A stretch of 64,000 bases of DNA from Methanotrichaceae archaeon (GTDB lineage: Archaea > Halobacteriota > Methanosarcinia > Methanotrichales > Methanotrichaceae). The stretch spans positions 44,651-108,650 of the forward strand of contig JBHGAU010000002.1 in the NCBI GenBank assembly GCA_041946675.1, in the 5' to 3' direction. The notes under the pieces were generated by a model, which was given only the letters and a program-made list of their open reading frames with translations, did not search any database and had not been told where the DNA came from. Each line of letters opens with the position of its first letter. Position 1 is the stretch's first letter. A program made the translations under genes and the position numbers. This document shows, piece by piece, positions 19,547 to 27,678 of the stretch.

Positions 19547-20302
19547 TTGAAGAAGATTATCCCAATGATGCTAATCTGTTGCTCGATCCTTTGCCTCTAT
19601 GCTCTTGCAGCAGATAGCCCAACTAAAGCAAACTCTGGGACGAAACAGAATGCATCGCCTATGAGCTTCAGCGCTCAGAGTGCAATTGAGTCATCTAAGA
19701 CATCGATAAGTGCCACAACTTCGCAGGGACAATCTACCCAAAGTGCGATTGCATCCAATATTATCGCCTCAAATGGAGGTCTATCTATATTGAAACAAGA
19801 CAGCGGAAAGAACTTCTCTGAAATGAATTTGACCATGTACTCAGCTGTTAGTGATTTTGGACAAGCAGGCTTAACTGCAGGCGAAATGGTAAAGTTCACA
19901 GCTCCGAGGCCCGGATGGAAGCTGAAGCAAATCCAAATTGTAGGATGGAGCATGTTCAATAACACTACAAAGAGATATCCCGCAGACAGGAATTTCCTTT
20001 TAGAAGTAAGAGATAAGAATACAGACTTGCTCTATAAATTTGCCGATGAGCAGAATATGTACTTCGCATCAGCTGGAGGTCCTGTTGTTAGTGGAATAGA
20101 TATCCCTACTCTGGCCATATCCGATATATTCTATATAGTCTTCTATGATCGCGGCGCGGTTCTCCTTGGAACAGAACCGAAGAACGGAACAGGGAACTCC
20201 TTCTTCGTCGTAAATGGCAAGGTAATGCCTGCAGAGTTCAAGGACTCGAAAACAAATGAGACTGTAAAGATCAACTGGTTGATAAGAGCTCTAGGCGAGT
20301 AA
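19547..20302 (+). CDS. secreted hypothetical protein (island protein 6)
   Basis: TTG start (or ATG at 19565). Signal-like MMLICCSILCLYALAA, then a Ser/Thr/Gln-rich linker and a globular C-terminal domain. No family recognised. Confidence 0.55.
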   Translation: MKKIIPMMLICCSILCLYALAADSPTKANSGTKQNASPMSFSAQSAIESSKTSISATTSQGQSTQSAIASNIIASNGGLSILKQDSGKNFSEMNLTMYSAVSDFGQAGLTAGEMVKFTAPRPGWKLKQIQIVGWSMFNNTTKRYPADRNFLLEVRDKNTDLLYKFADEQNMYFASAGGPVVSGIDIPTLAISDIFYIVFYDRGAVLLGTEPKNGTGNSFFVVNGKVMPAEFKDSKTNETVKINWLIRALGE

Positions 20303-20461
20303 GAATGATATCATTTGGCTGGCAACTACTGCGGCTCTCTCCAATGCCGGCTTGATATAATTTTTCGCTTTCTTAAAAGATAGAAAATCGCAAATTAGGG
20401 CTTCCGATAGCAGAGCCGAGCATAGCAACAATCATTATGGAGCTATAAATTTGGAAGCTAA

Positions 20462-20773
20462 TTAACCACCTTCTCTATTGGAGTCAGCCGTAGAAAATGA
20501 TTTTTCAGCGATCCAGCCATTATTTATTTGTAAATGCAGACCAACCAGCTTTTTCTTAAACTTCGATCCCTTGGATGTGGTCTTGAACATAATTGTCGGC
20601 TTCTTGCCCAGTTCAGTTACCATGCCGCTTTTGACCAGAATCTCCAAGTAGCGGTTAACTGTTGTATAGTTGAGATTGGCTCCATGGATAATATTCGTTT
20701 TAAGGGCACCATCTTGGCATATATCCAGGATTAAATAGATGATTTTATCATCGGTGCGTCTTTTCGATCCCAT
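20462..20773 (-). CDS. small winged-helix DNA-binding protein
   Basis: From the internal Met: MGSKRRTDDKIIYLILDIC.DGALKTNIIHGANLNYTTVNRYLEILVKSGMV is a typical archaeal wHTH. The ORF-track N-terminal extension to 20875 looks non-coding. Confidence 0.6.
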   Translation of the reverse strand: MGSKRRTDDKIIYLILDICQDGALKTNIIHGANLNYTTVNRYLEILVKSGMVTELGKKPTIMFKTTSKGSKFKKKLVGLHLQINNGWIAEKSFSTADSNREGG

Positions 20774-21119
20774 AGTGTTCACCAGCTCCAAATCGTATAG
20801 CTTGGAATTGCTATGCAGATATCTTCTTAATCGCTTGTGGAAAATAAATATGCAGGAAATAGTTATATGAACCATTAATTTTGAAAACGTGTATGAATAT
20901 CCAATGTTAATTGAAGGTCTGAATTTTTAATTTTAAGTTCCGATATGTATTATTAATACGTTTTACGCGCTATTAGATTCATATTATAGGAATTAATGTT
21001 GGGTTAACTAAATCCCGCATCCCCTGCATCTCCCTTTAGAAGCAATATTCTTCGCATCCAAGGCCGAACAACTTAATAATTGATTTTATGGACCAAAAAG
21101 TATGTTATAGTTCGCCGGT

Positions 21120-21527
21120 TCATCCTCCGCACCCACAACCGCCCCCGCCTGTGGTAGTAGTTGTTCCTCTCGATTCAGAGAGCGGATACATGATATTTGT
21201 ATATCCGGTGAGATTTCCTTTGGCCCTGGCCCTGGCATAGCCTGTCAAATCGATTATCGCAGGCTGTGTGTTTATCGCCGGTATGCTATTTATTGATGAG
21301 TTATTCGTCGGCAAGTTATTTGCAGGGGCATTCATTGGAGCCATTGGAGCTCTGCCTATATGATAAACTTCTGTTCCCGGCTGTGACAATGAGCTTGTAA
21401 GCTTAAAATCTCCCAAGTTGATCTCAGTGCCCCTGGGGAGCCACTGGGCATATGCGCCGCAGACAAATACACTGGATAGAGCCGCAAATGCCAGTGCCAA
21501 TACCATCATCATCTTTTTCGAAAACAT
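21120..21527 (-). CDS. secreted hypothetical protein with C-terminal Thr4-Gly4-Cys-Gly-Cys-Gly-Gly tail
   Basis: GGAGGGTGGTG RBS before the ATG at 21527. Signal peptide MFSKKMMMVLALAFAALSSVFVCGAYA. The protein ends ...SRGTTTTTGGGGCGCGG*. It lies 82 nt downstream of cdhE on the same strand. Confidence 0.6.
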   Translation of the reverse strand: MFSKKMMMVLALAFAALSSVFVCGAYAQWLPRGTEINLGDFKLTSSLSQPGTEVYHIGRAPMAPMNAPANNLPTNNSSINSIPAINTQPAIIDLTGYARARAKGNLTGYTNIMYPLSESRGTTTTTGGGGCGCGG

Positions 21528-21609
21528 AAATACACCACCCTCCTGTTGGAAATTGCCAATTAAAAATAAAGGGCTATGTGCCCAATTGAGGGCACACTGC
21601 AATATTCGT

Positions 21610-23022
21610 CTACTTCGGCGGCCAGAAGCTCTTCATCCACTCGGAGATTCGTCCGGAGTCTTCAGGTCCGACCAGAATCTTGGCCTTTCCTGCGAAGAGG
21701 TCCTCAAGCTCGCCGCTGAACTTGGCAGCCATTCCTGGCAGTACCATGCCTGGATTCTTCTGGCCCTCCCACTTGAAGCCGGACTCATCGAAGGAATCCT
21801 TTATCTTCGTGGGCGTGAGCTGTCCGCCTGCTACAGATGCCTGCACGCCTATTCCATCTGTATTTATGGATATGATGTAGGCATCGATGCCGTTGGAAGC
21901 AATATCCGATTCGACTGTGTAGTATGTCAGCGCGAAGTTTGTCGTAACGAATACGGGTGACTCGGGTCCTGGATTGCCGACCTTGTATATGCCGGGCTTG
22001 ACCTGCACTGGCTTTCTCGGATCGGTGTAGATATTGAACCGGAGGTGCATATCCGGCATCATGCTGTGCGCTTCAGTCGAGTGCTTGATCATTATTGCGC
22101 CGCCGCGGATAGCGAATGCGGCTGTCAGCACCGACTCCCAATAGGCAGCCCTGACGGGATCCTTTGTTGTGAGCCAGGCATTGATTGGCAGAGCCATTAC
22201 TGGATAGGAAATATCCCTCTGGCCCTCCTCAACTGCCGCTCTCCGGAGGTTGATGAAGTTCTGGAGCGTCTGCTGCAGCATCTTGCCGTTTGGCGCTGTG
22301 CCTGGGTCCAGGACAAGATCGGTCAGGCCCATGCTGGCAAAGGTCGTTGCCATGGACTTGAGGCCATCGAGATCGAATGGAACGCTCAGAGTTACAGGCA
22401 CGTTATAATCGTGTGCAAGCTGGGCGACTTCCTTCCAGTTATCCTTATTGGCGGCGTAGATGAGCGGCCTGCTCTTGGCTGCAACATCAAGTCCTGCCTT
22501 CAGAACCTTCGGATTGAAGGAGCAGAGGATGAGCGGATAGTTTGAGTTCTCCATTACCTTCTTGATGCATGCCGCGAACTTGGCAGGATCATCGGTCACA
22601 GATCGGACTGCGATCATCTCAACAGATTCCCACTTGCCGATGTAGAACTTCCTCCAGGTGGAGATCTTCTTCACACGCTCCACGAGCTTGGCCTCTTCCA
22701 TGTTATCGGTTACATCGTAGGCAAATGGCGGCTTATTGAAGAAGGTCATCTGGTGGCGGAACATTACATCCTCTCCACCAACCTTGATCTGCTTCTCGCC
22801 TGTGCCTATGTAGATCATCTTCAGCTCAGGGGCTACAATCGATTTGAGGGCCTCGAGCTTCTTGGCATATTTCTTATCCTTGACAAGCGGAGTGCAGTCC
22901 TCTACCTTCTTTGTCCTGGCGATGAGACCTGCAGCAAAGGCCATGCATGTCTGCTCGCCGCATTCCTTACAGTTGGTCTGAGGAAGCTGCTTGTAAAGAT
23001 TAAGCGGGCTAGTTTCCTTCAT
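21610..23022 (-). CDS. cdhE: acetyl-CoA decarbonylase/synthase gamma subunit (corrinoid/Fe-S protein large subunit)
   Basis: N-terminal SPLNLYKQLPQTNCKECGEQTCMAFA Fe-S motif. The ATG at 23022 is preceded by GGAGG; the TTG at 23031 given in the track is less likely. Confidence 0.9.
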   Translation of the reverse strand: MKETSPLNLYKQLPQTNCKECGEQTCMAFAAGLIARTKKVEDCTPLVKDKKYAKKLEALKSIVAPELKMIYIGTGEKQIKVGGEDVMFRHQMTFFNKPPFAYDVTDNMEEAKLVERVKKISTWRKFYIGKWESVEMIAVRSVTDDPAKFAACIKKVMENSNYPLILCSFNPKVLKAGLDVAAKSRPLIYAANKDNWKEVAQLAHDYNVPVTLSVPFDLDGLKSMATTFASMGLTDLVLDPGTAPNGKMLQQTLQNFINLRRAAVEEGQRDISYPVMALPINAWLTTKDPVRAAYWESVLTAAFAIRGGAIMIKHSTEAHSMMPDMHLRFNIYTDPRKPVQVKPGIYKVGNPGPESPVFVTTNFALTYYTVESDIASNGIDAYIISINTDGIGVQASVAGGQLTPTKIKDSFDESGFKWEGQKNPGMVLPGMAAKFSGELEDLFAGKAKILVGPEDSGRISEWMKSFWPPK

Positions 23023-23027
23023 GGATC

Positions 23028-24392
23028 TCAAGCCTCCATCTTAAGCCAGCTGGCTGTATCAGGTGTCTTAGCATCAATCAGTCCCATCAGAGACTGTGTG
23101 ATCTCATGTACATACGCAACTGCCAGTGGATGCATCATCATGAATATGTCCACACCGGCCATTGCCAGAGTAAATCCAGTAAGAATCTCCCAGATTGGGC
23201 CGCGCAGCATCCTGTCTCCCCAATCCGAATCCTGCTTGTTGGGTGACCGAACCATCCATGCCTCCCTGACGCCCCAGGCATTTGTGGTTCCTGAGGACAT
23301 TGGGAATGTCAGCTCTTCGTCGCCCTTCAGGGCTCCAAGCCTGATTCTCTCCATATTCGTATATGCGAAATCTAGGCCATATGCCAGAGCTGCTGTTGTC
23401 GGGTCCATTACTATGGATTCCCTCGGCATTCCGACGACCTTCATGAGCTTCCTGTTCAGCTCCTTCTGGGAGTTGATCTCGAGCTGTGTCCAGGCCAGGC
23501 ATACGTGTCCATTGTCCTTGCATGCCTTTCCTATCTTCTCCCAGTCCATGTTCAGGTTTGCCGAGGCTATCAGAACGCGCTCGCCCTGGGCGACTTCTGC
23601 TGCCTTGGAAAGCACTATCGGATCCTTCTCGGGGTTGCCTGATCCACCGATGCATATTGGGACTTTAACAGCCTGCAAGACATCCTCAACTACCTTGACG
23701 GCGTCCTGAGGCTTGGTATCCTTCAGCAGCGGATCAGTGCTGATCAGGTGAACTGTTACCAGATCTGCGCCAAATTTATCGACTGCCTTCTTGGCCCACG
23801 ATGCAGGATCGTTTATGACATCCTCGTAGTGCATCTTAACTGCCTTGGCCATGCCGATAGGCATATCGAAGACATCCATTGTGATCTTGGGGGAGTTGGG
23901 CATTAACGCATCCGGGAAGAATGCCATGGCCTTCTCGCCGCCGAGCTTCACAACATTGCCCCTGCTTCCGCCATCTGCCTTTGTGGCTCCGATGGTGACC
24001 TCCTGAATGGGGGTCTTCCAGGTCTTGTCTGTTCCTACGGAGAATTTGGCTGCATTTAGTGCACTTGCAACCTTCCAGACCGGAACGGCTGCTGCTGCAG
24101 CGGCTGCTGCTGGAGCAAGCTCCTTCGGTGCTGGGGATATTGCCTGAGCCACTGCGACGGGCTGAAGCAATGCATCAACTGGATAGCCAACTGCCTTTGC
24201 GAAGTTTATGAGCTGCACTGCAATCTTGGCTGCCTCTTGGCCGAAGTAGTAGGCGAAGAGCGGTCCAAAGCCCGCAGCACCTGAGTCTATTTCTATCTCT
24301 ATATCTCCCTCGATCTTCAAACCTTCAAGGGATTGTACATTCATCTCTGATAAGGTCTTGTTTAAGTCAGATAATGTGATCTTCTCTGCCAT
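23028..24392 (-). CDS. cdhD: acetyl-CoA decarbonylase/synthase delta subunit (corrinoid/Fe-S protein small subunit)
   Basis: Operon position between cooC and cdhE. TIM-barrel-like C-terminal part and an Ala-rich linker ([12 protein letters not shown]), as in CdhD. Confidence 0.85.
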   Translation of the reverse strand: MAEKITLSDLNKTLSEMNVQSLEGLKIEGDIEIEIDSGAAGFGPLFAYYFGQEAAKIAVQLINFAKAVGYPVDALLQPVAVAQAISPAPKELAPAAAAAAAAVPVWKVASALNAAKFSVGTDKTWKTPIQEVTIGATKADGGSRGNVVKLGGEKAMAFFPDALMPNSPKITMDVFDMPIGMAKAVKMHYEDVINDPASWAKKAVDKFGADLVTVHLISTDPLLKDTKPQDAVKVVEDVLQAVKVPICIGGSGNPEKDPIVLSKAAEVAQGERVLIASANLNMDWEKIGKACKDNGHVCLAWTQLEINSQKELNRKLMKVVGMPRESIVMDPTTAALAYGLDFAYTNMERIRLGALKGDEELTFPMSSGTTNAWGVREAWMVRSPNKQDSDWGDRMLRGPIWEILTGFTLAMAGVDIFMMMHPLAVAYVHEITQSLMGLIDAKTPDTASWLKMEA

Positions 24393-24402
24393 TATATCAC
24401 CC

Positions 24403-25164
24403 TCACAGGCCTATCTCCCTGACCACCCGCTCCATCTCAATCACAGCCGGTGAGTCATCGGGAAGGCCCATCAGTGGATCTCCCACTAGGTCGAATTTGG
24501 CTAGCTTTTCATCGTAGGGAATGGTGCCGATAACCTTCAGGCCAATGCCTTTTGCCGTCTCCAGAACCTTTTCTTTTCTATCCGGAGTCACCTTGTTTAC
24601 GATGACGTAGAGCTCCTTATACTTGAGCTCAATCTCCCTCGCCAGATCTCGTATGCGCTCAGCAGTCGTAAGGCCTCTTCTGGATTCATCGGTTACGGCG
24701 ATGAGAATGTCCAGGTCGGGTATTGTCTTTCTGCTGAAATGCTCGAGGCCTGCAGGAGTATCTATGATGGTCAGATCATAATCGTTTACGGTTTTATCCA
24801 TAACGCCGCGCAGAAGGTTATTTACAAAACAGTAGCATCCTGAACCTTCCGGCTTGCCCATCACCAGGAGGTCATATCCCTCCTCCTCCATCAGGATCTC
24901 GAAGAGCTTTGATTCGAAAAGCCTCTGTTTATCGGTATCTGGAGACGTAGTGTATCGAGCCTGCTGCATGAACTCCCGCATATCGCCAATGGTCTTTCCG
25001 ACAGTTACGCCCAGCGCATCAGCGAGGTTTGCATCAGGGTCTGCATCGATAGCCAGTATTCTATATTTTTTGCCTGAACTCTTTACAAGGTATCTTATAA
25101 GCATGGCAGTCACGGCAGTCTTGCCTGTGCCGCCTTTGCCCGTCACCGCAATTACTTTCCCCAC
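24403..25164 (-). CDS. cooC: CooC-type Ni-insertion accessory ATPase of the ACDS operon
   Basis: [13 protein letters not shown] deviant Walker A. MinD/CooC family with a CxC-like GSGCYCF motif. Confidence 0.9.
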   Translation of the reverse strand: MGKVIAVTGKGGTGKTAVTAMLIRYLVKSSGKKYRILAIDADPDANLADALGVTVGKTIGDMREFMQQARYTTSPDTDKQRLFESKLFEILMEEEGYDLLVMGKPEGSGCYCFVNNLLRGVMDKTVNDYDLTIIDTPAGLEHFSRKTIPDLDILIAVTDESRRGLTTAERIRDLAREIELKYKELYVIVNKVTPDRKEKVLETAKGIGLKVIGTIPYDEKLAKFDLVGDPLMGLPDDSPAVIEMERVVREIGL

Positions 25165-25176
25165 GGTTAGCCTTCC

Positions 25177-25374
25177 TTACTTCTTCTTTATGATTACCTC
25201 AGCCACGTGGACCGTCGCGCCCCGGAGCTCGAGAGTTATGCCGCCCGTTGCAGCGGGCATGGCAAAGGCTGGCGCTGCTCCTGCTGCTGGGGCTGCTGCA
25301 GCGGATGCTGCTGCCGGAGCAGCTGCGGCCGCAGGTGCCTTGGGCTTGAGTTTAAGCTGAATCTTTCCTGCCAT
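25177..25374 (-). CDS. small Ala/Pro-rich protein (65 aa), paralog 1, inside the cdh operon
   Basis: GAGGAGG RBS. MAGKIQLKLKPK + A/P linker + GGITLELRGATVHVAEVIIKKK. Paralogous to 25458..25646. Confidence 0.6.
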   Translation of the reverse strand: MAGKIQLKLKPKAPAAAAAPAAASAAAAPAAGAAPAFAMPAATGGITLELRGATVHVAEVIIKKK

Positions 25375-25457
25375 AATATCCTCCTCACTTCAAATTATAA
25401 TAATAGCACTCGCTATGATAAAAGGCCGGTCTCCTCAAAATAGAGGTAAGGCGGCCT

Positions 25458-25646
25458 CTACTTAGCGAGTACCACCTTATCGATTGAGATCTTTGCGTCT
25501 TTCAATATCAGCTTTATGCCGCCAGCGCTGCCGGACATGGAGAATGCCGGTGCTGCTGGAGCTGCTGTGCCTGCTGCAGGCGCGGCCGCCGGGGCCGCTG
25601 CCGCAGGTGTCTTGGGCTTGAGTTTAAGCTGTATCTTCCCTGCCAT
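25458..25646 (-). CDS. small Ala/Pro-rich protein (62 aa), paralog 2, inside the cdh operon
   Basis: GAGGAGG RBS. MAGKIQLKLKPK + A/P linker + GGIKLILKDAKISIDKVVLAK. Within the shared N-terminal dodecapeptide MAGKIQLKLKPK the two copies differ only at synonymous sites. Confidence 0.6.
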   Translation of the reverse strand: MAGKIQLKLKPKTPAAAAPAAAPAAGTAAPAAPAFSMSGSAGGIKLILKDAKISIDKVVLAK

Positions 25647-25659
25647 TTTAAACGCCTCC

Positions 25660-27069
25660 TCACTCTAGGACGCCATCGGCCTGGAGAGCCTCTATGACCT
25701 GCATGAACTGGCCCTCGGACAAGCCGAGCTTATCCTTGACTGCCTGAACATCGATGTCTCCGCCGGTCTCCTGGATGAAGTTGATGACCTTTTCCTTGAT
25801 CTCGTCGGAGATATCCTCGAGCTTCCAGCCCTCGGTGATCTTCTTGTTATCAACGGGCCTTGTGACACCGCCGACAACTGGATGATCGACCTTCAGCAGG
25901 AACTTCTTCAGGGAATCAATGTCCTTAGCATCATCCTCAGTGGCGATCTTCGGGTACATCTCCTCTGGAATGCCTGCCTTTACTCTCTCCTTGAGCTTCT
26001 TGGACATCCAGACGATCCTTCTCCAGCCTCCATCGGCCTGCAGGAACTTGGTGGAGAAGTAGTACAGAATGCCCATGCCTAGGAATCCTACAACCTGCTT
26101 GCCGCCGCCTGTCTGGCCTGCCATTGTGGAGAACGGAAGTCCGTTTGGTGCAGCGCCCTTGAAGTCACGGTCAGCTATGCCGATGCCGTCTACCTCAGGC
26201 ATGTAGAATCCAATGGTCTCGAAGCATCCGCAGGATGTGTGGGGAGCATCGAAGAAGGTGTACAGCTTCATGACTGAGTACTCGCCACCGGATCTCTTCG
26301 CTGCAACCTCATTGATGGATGCATACTCGCCAGCGACTGCATCGATTGCCTCACCCTTCGGTACTGGGAACTGGGGGCCCTCTGGGTCTACCTTGGCTGC
26401 TGCACGGCCGTCGAACCAGGTGATGGCTCCGCACAGGGATGGCCTGTCTGGAGAAACTACGCATGCGCTTGTTGGGGCGAATGCCTGGCAAAGTGTACAT
26501 CCGTAGAAGACATCGACATCCTCATCGTGCAGACCCTTTGCGCGCTCATCGCGTGCCTTGTAAACTTCCATAGCCTTGGCGAGCTCTTCCTTGACCTTGG
26601 CAGGGTCAGTGACGATTGTGACCTCCATCTTCTCGATGAAGGGCATCTCTGCTTTGTAGAGCTCTATGATGGGCTTGTAAATCTGCTCCCACTTTGTTAC
26701 ACCCTTCTTCTGCAATCCCTTGCCCATCCTCATCCAGATATCGTACCTCTGGTTGAGGTGCATGAGGCCTGCAACGTAGGATAGCAGGGCGTGATTTCTC
26801 CTCTCAATGATAGACTCCAGATCCTTCTCGATCTTCTCGCCGCCGACCTTGAAGATCATTCCGAAGGGTATGGTGGAGCCCTCCTTAATCTCTGAAGGCT
26901 CTGGTCCAATAACGCTTACCTTTCCATCCTGAATCTGATCCATTGGTGTGGCCAGGGATAGCTCGAAGCCGTATGCCTTGGGGCCAGCAAGCTCTATCCA
27001 CAGGTCCTCTTTTCTGATTCTCTCCCCTTCATACATTGGGGATATATCCAACTTGACTTCATCTGCCAT
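25660..27069 (-). CDS. cdhC: acetyl-CoA decarbonylase/synthase beta subunit (A-cluster, acetyl-CoA synthase)
   Basis: CTLCQAFAPTSACVVSPDRPSLCG and HTSCGCFE are the A-cluster Cys motifs. 469 aa. Confidence 0.92.
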   Translation of the reverse strand: MADEVKLDISPMYEGERIRKEDLWIELAGPKAYGFELSLATPMDQIQDGKVSVIGPEPSEIKEGSTIPFGMIFKVGGEKIEKDLESIIERRNHALLSYVAGLMHLNQRYDIWMRMGKGLQKKGVTKWEQIYKPIIELYKAEMPFIEKMEVTIVTDPAKVKEELAKAMEVYKARDERAKGLHDEDVDVFYGCTLCQAFAPTSACVVSPDRPSLCGAITWFDGRAAAKVDPEGPQFPVPKGEAIDAVAGEYASINEVAAKRSGGEYSVMKLYTFFDAPHTSCGCFETIGFYMPEVDGIGIADRDFKGAAPNGLPFSTMAGQTGGGKQVVGFLGMGILYYFSTKFLQADGGWRRIVWMSKKLKERVKAGIPEEMYPKIATEDDAKDIDSLKKFLLKVDHPVVGGVTRPVDNKKITEGWKLEDISDEIKEKVINFIQETGGDIDVQAVKDKLGLSEGQFMQVIEALQADGVLE

Positions 27070-27097
27070 TAATACACCTCTTATTATGAGATGAACT

Positions 27098-27661
27098 TCA
27101 TTTCCTCATTGCTTCGATTACTTCATCGACTGCTGCGTGATAGTCGTTCGGGTTAAATGCCATGTTGCCAAAGGTCATGTTAGCGTTGACGTGATAGTAT
27201 CTATCTATCGAGACGCGCTTTATGTTCCTGTTGAAGTGCTTGAGTGTGGAGAACATGGCGTTGGCGAATTTGTAGAAGATGCCCATGAATATAACTGTAT
27301 CATACTGGCCCTGTCCATCCAGGCCCTTCCAGTCCTCGAACCTGAGGTAGCTGGTGAGCGGGTGGAGACCAATCTGATAAACGTTATTCAGGTAGCCCCT
27401 CTCTACGAAGCCCTTTACGCTGTGTGCTGTTGCTGCAATAGGTACTCCCATTTTGCCGATCTCTATCGCCTTGTCAAACATCACCGGGTCATCAAAGAGC
27501 TCTGCTCCAACAACGAGCAGAGGCCTCTTGGACTTCTTGACTATGGCTCCGATGACCTTCGGCAAATAAGTCTTGGCCATCTCGGGCCCAGGGATCTGGG
27601 CCATCTCAAAGGGAACTGGATTCTTTGTTGTATCAATGCCCTTTTTTACTTCAGCTGCCAT
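27098..27661 (-). CDS. cdhB: acetyl-CoA decarbonylase/synthase epsilon subunit
   Basis: Position directly after cdhA and size of about 187 aa. The ATG at 27661 is preceded by GAGGAGGG; the track's start at 27682 is a GTG that lies inside that RBS. Confidence 0.85.
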   Translation of the reverse strand: MAAEVKKGIDTTKNPVPFEMAQIPGPEMAKTYLPKVIGAIVKKSKRPLLVVGAELFDDPVMFDKAIEIGKMGVPIAATAHSVKGFVERGYLNNVYQIGLHPLTSYLRFEDWKGLDGQGQYDTVIFMGIFYKFANAMFSTLKHFNRNIKRVSIDRYYHVNANMTFGNMAFNPNDYHAAVDEVIEAMRK

Positions 27662-27678
27662 TTTGATCACTTCCCTCC

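Noticed and set aside
22753-23709. 318-aa plus-strand ORF, plus the 183-aa minus-strand alternative-frame ORF 23104..23655.
   Set aside because: Both lie entirely inside cdhE/cdhD, whose frames have unmistakable family motifs. The translations are low-complexity and Ser/Cys/Leu-rich. These are typical shadow ORFs.
24854-25443. Plus-strand ORFs 24854..25360 (168 aa) and 25207..25443 (78 aa), with Ala/Cys/Gly runs.
   Set aside because: They mirror the GCN-rich Ala linkers of the minus-strand miniproteins and cooC. They have no RBS, and the synonymous-difference pattern supports the minus-strand frames.
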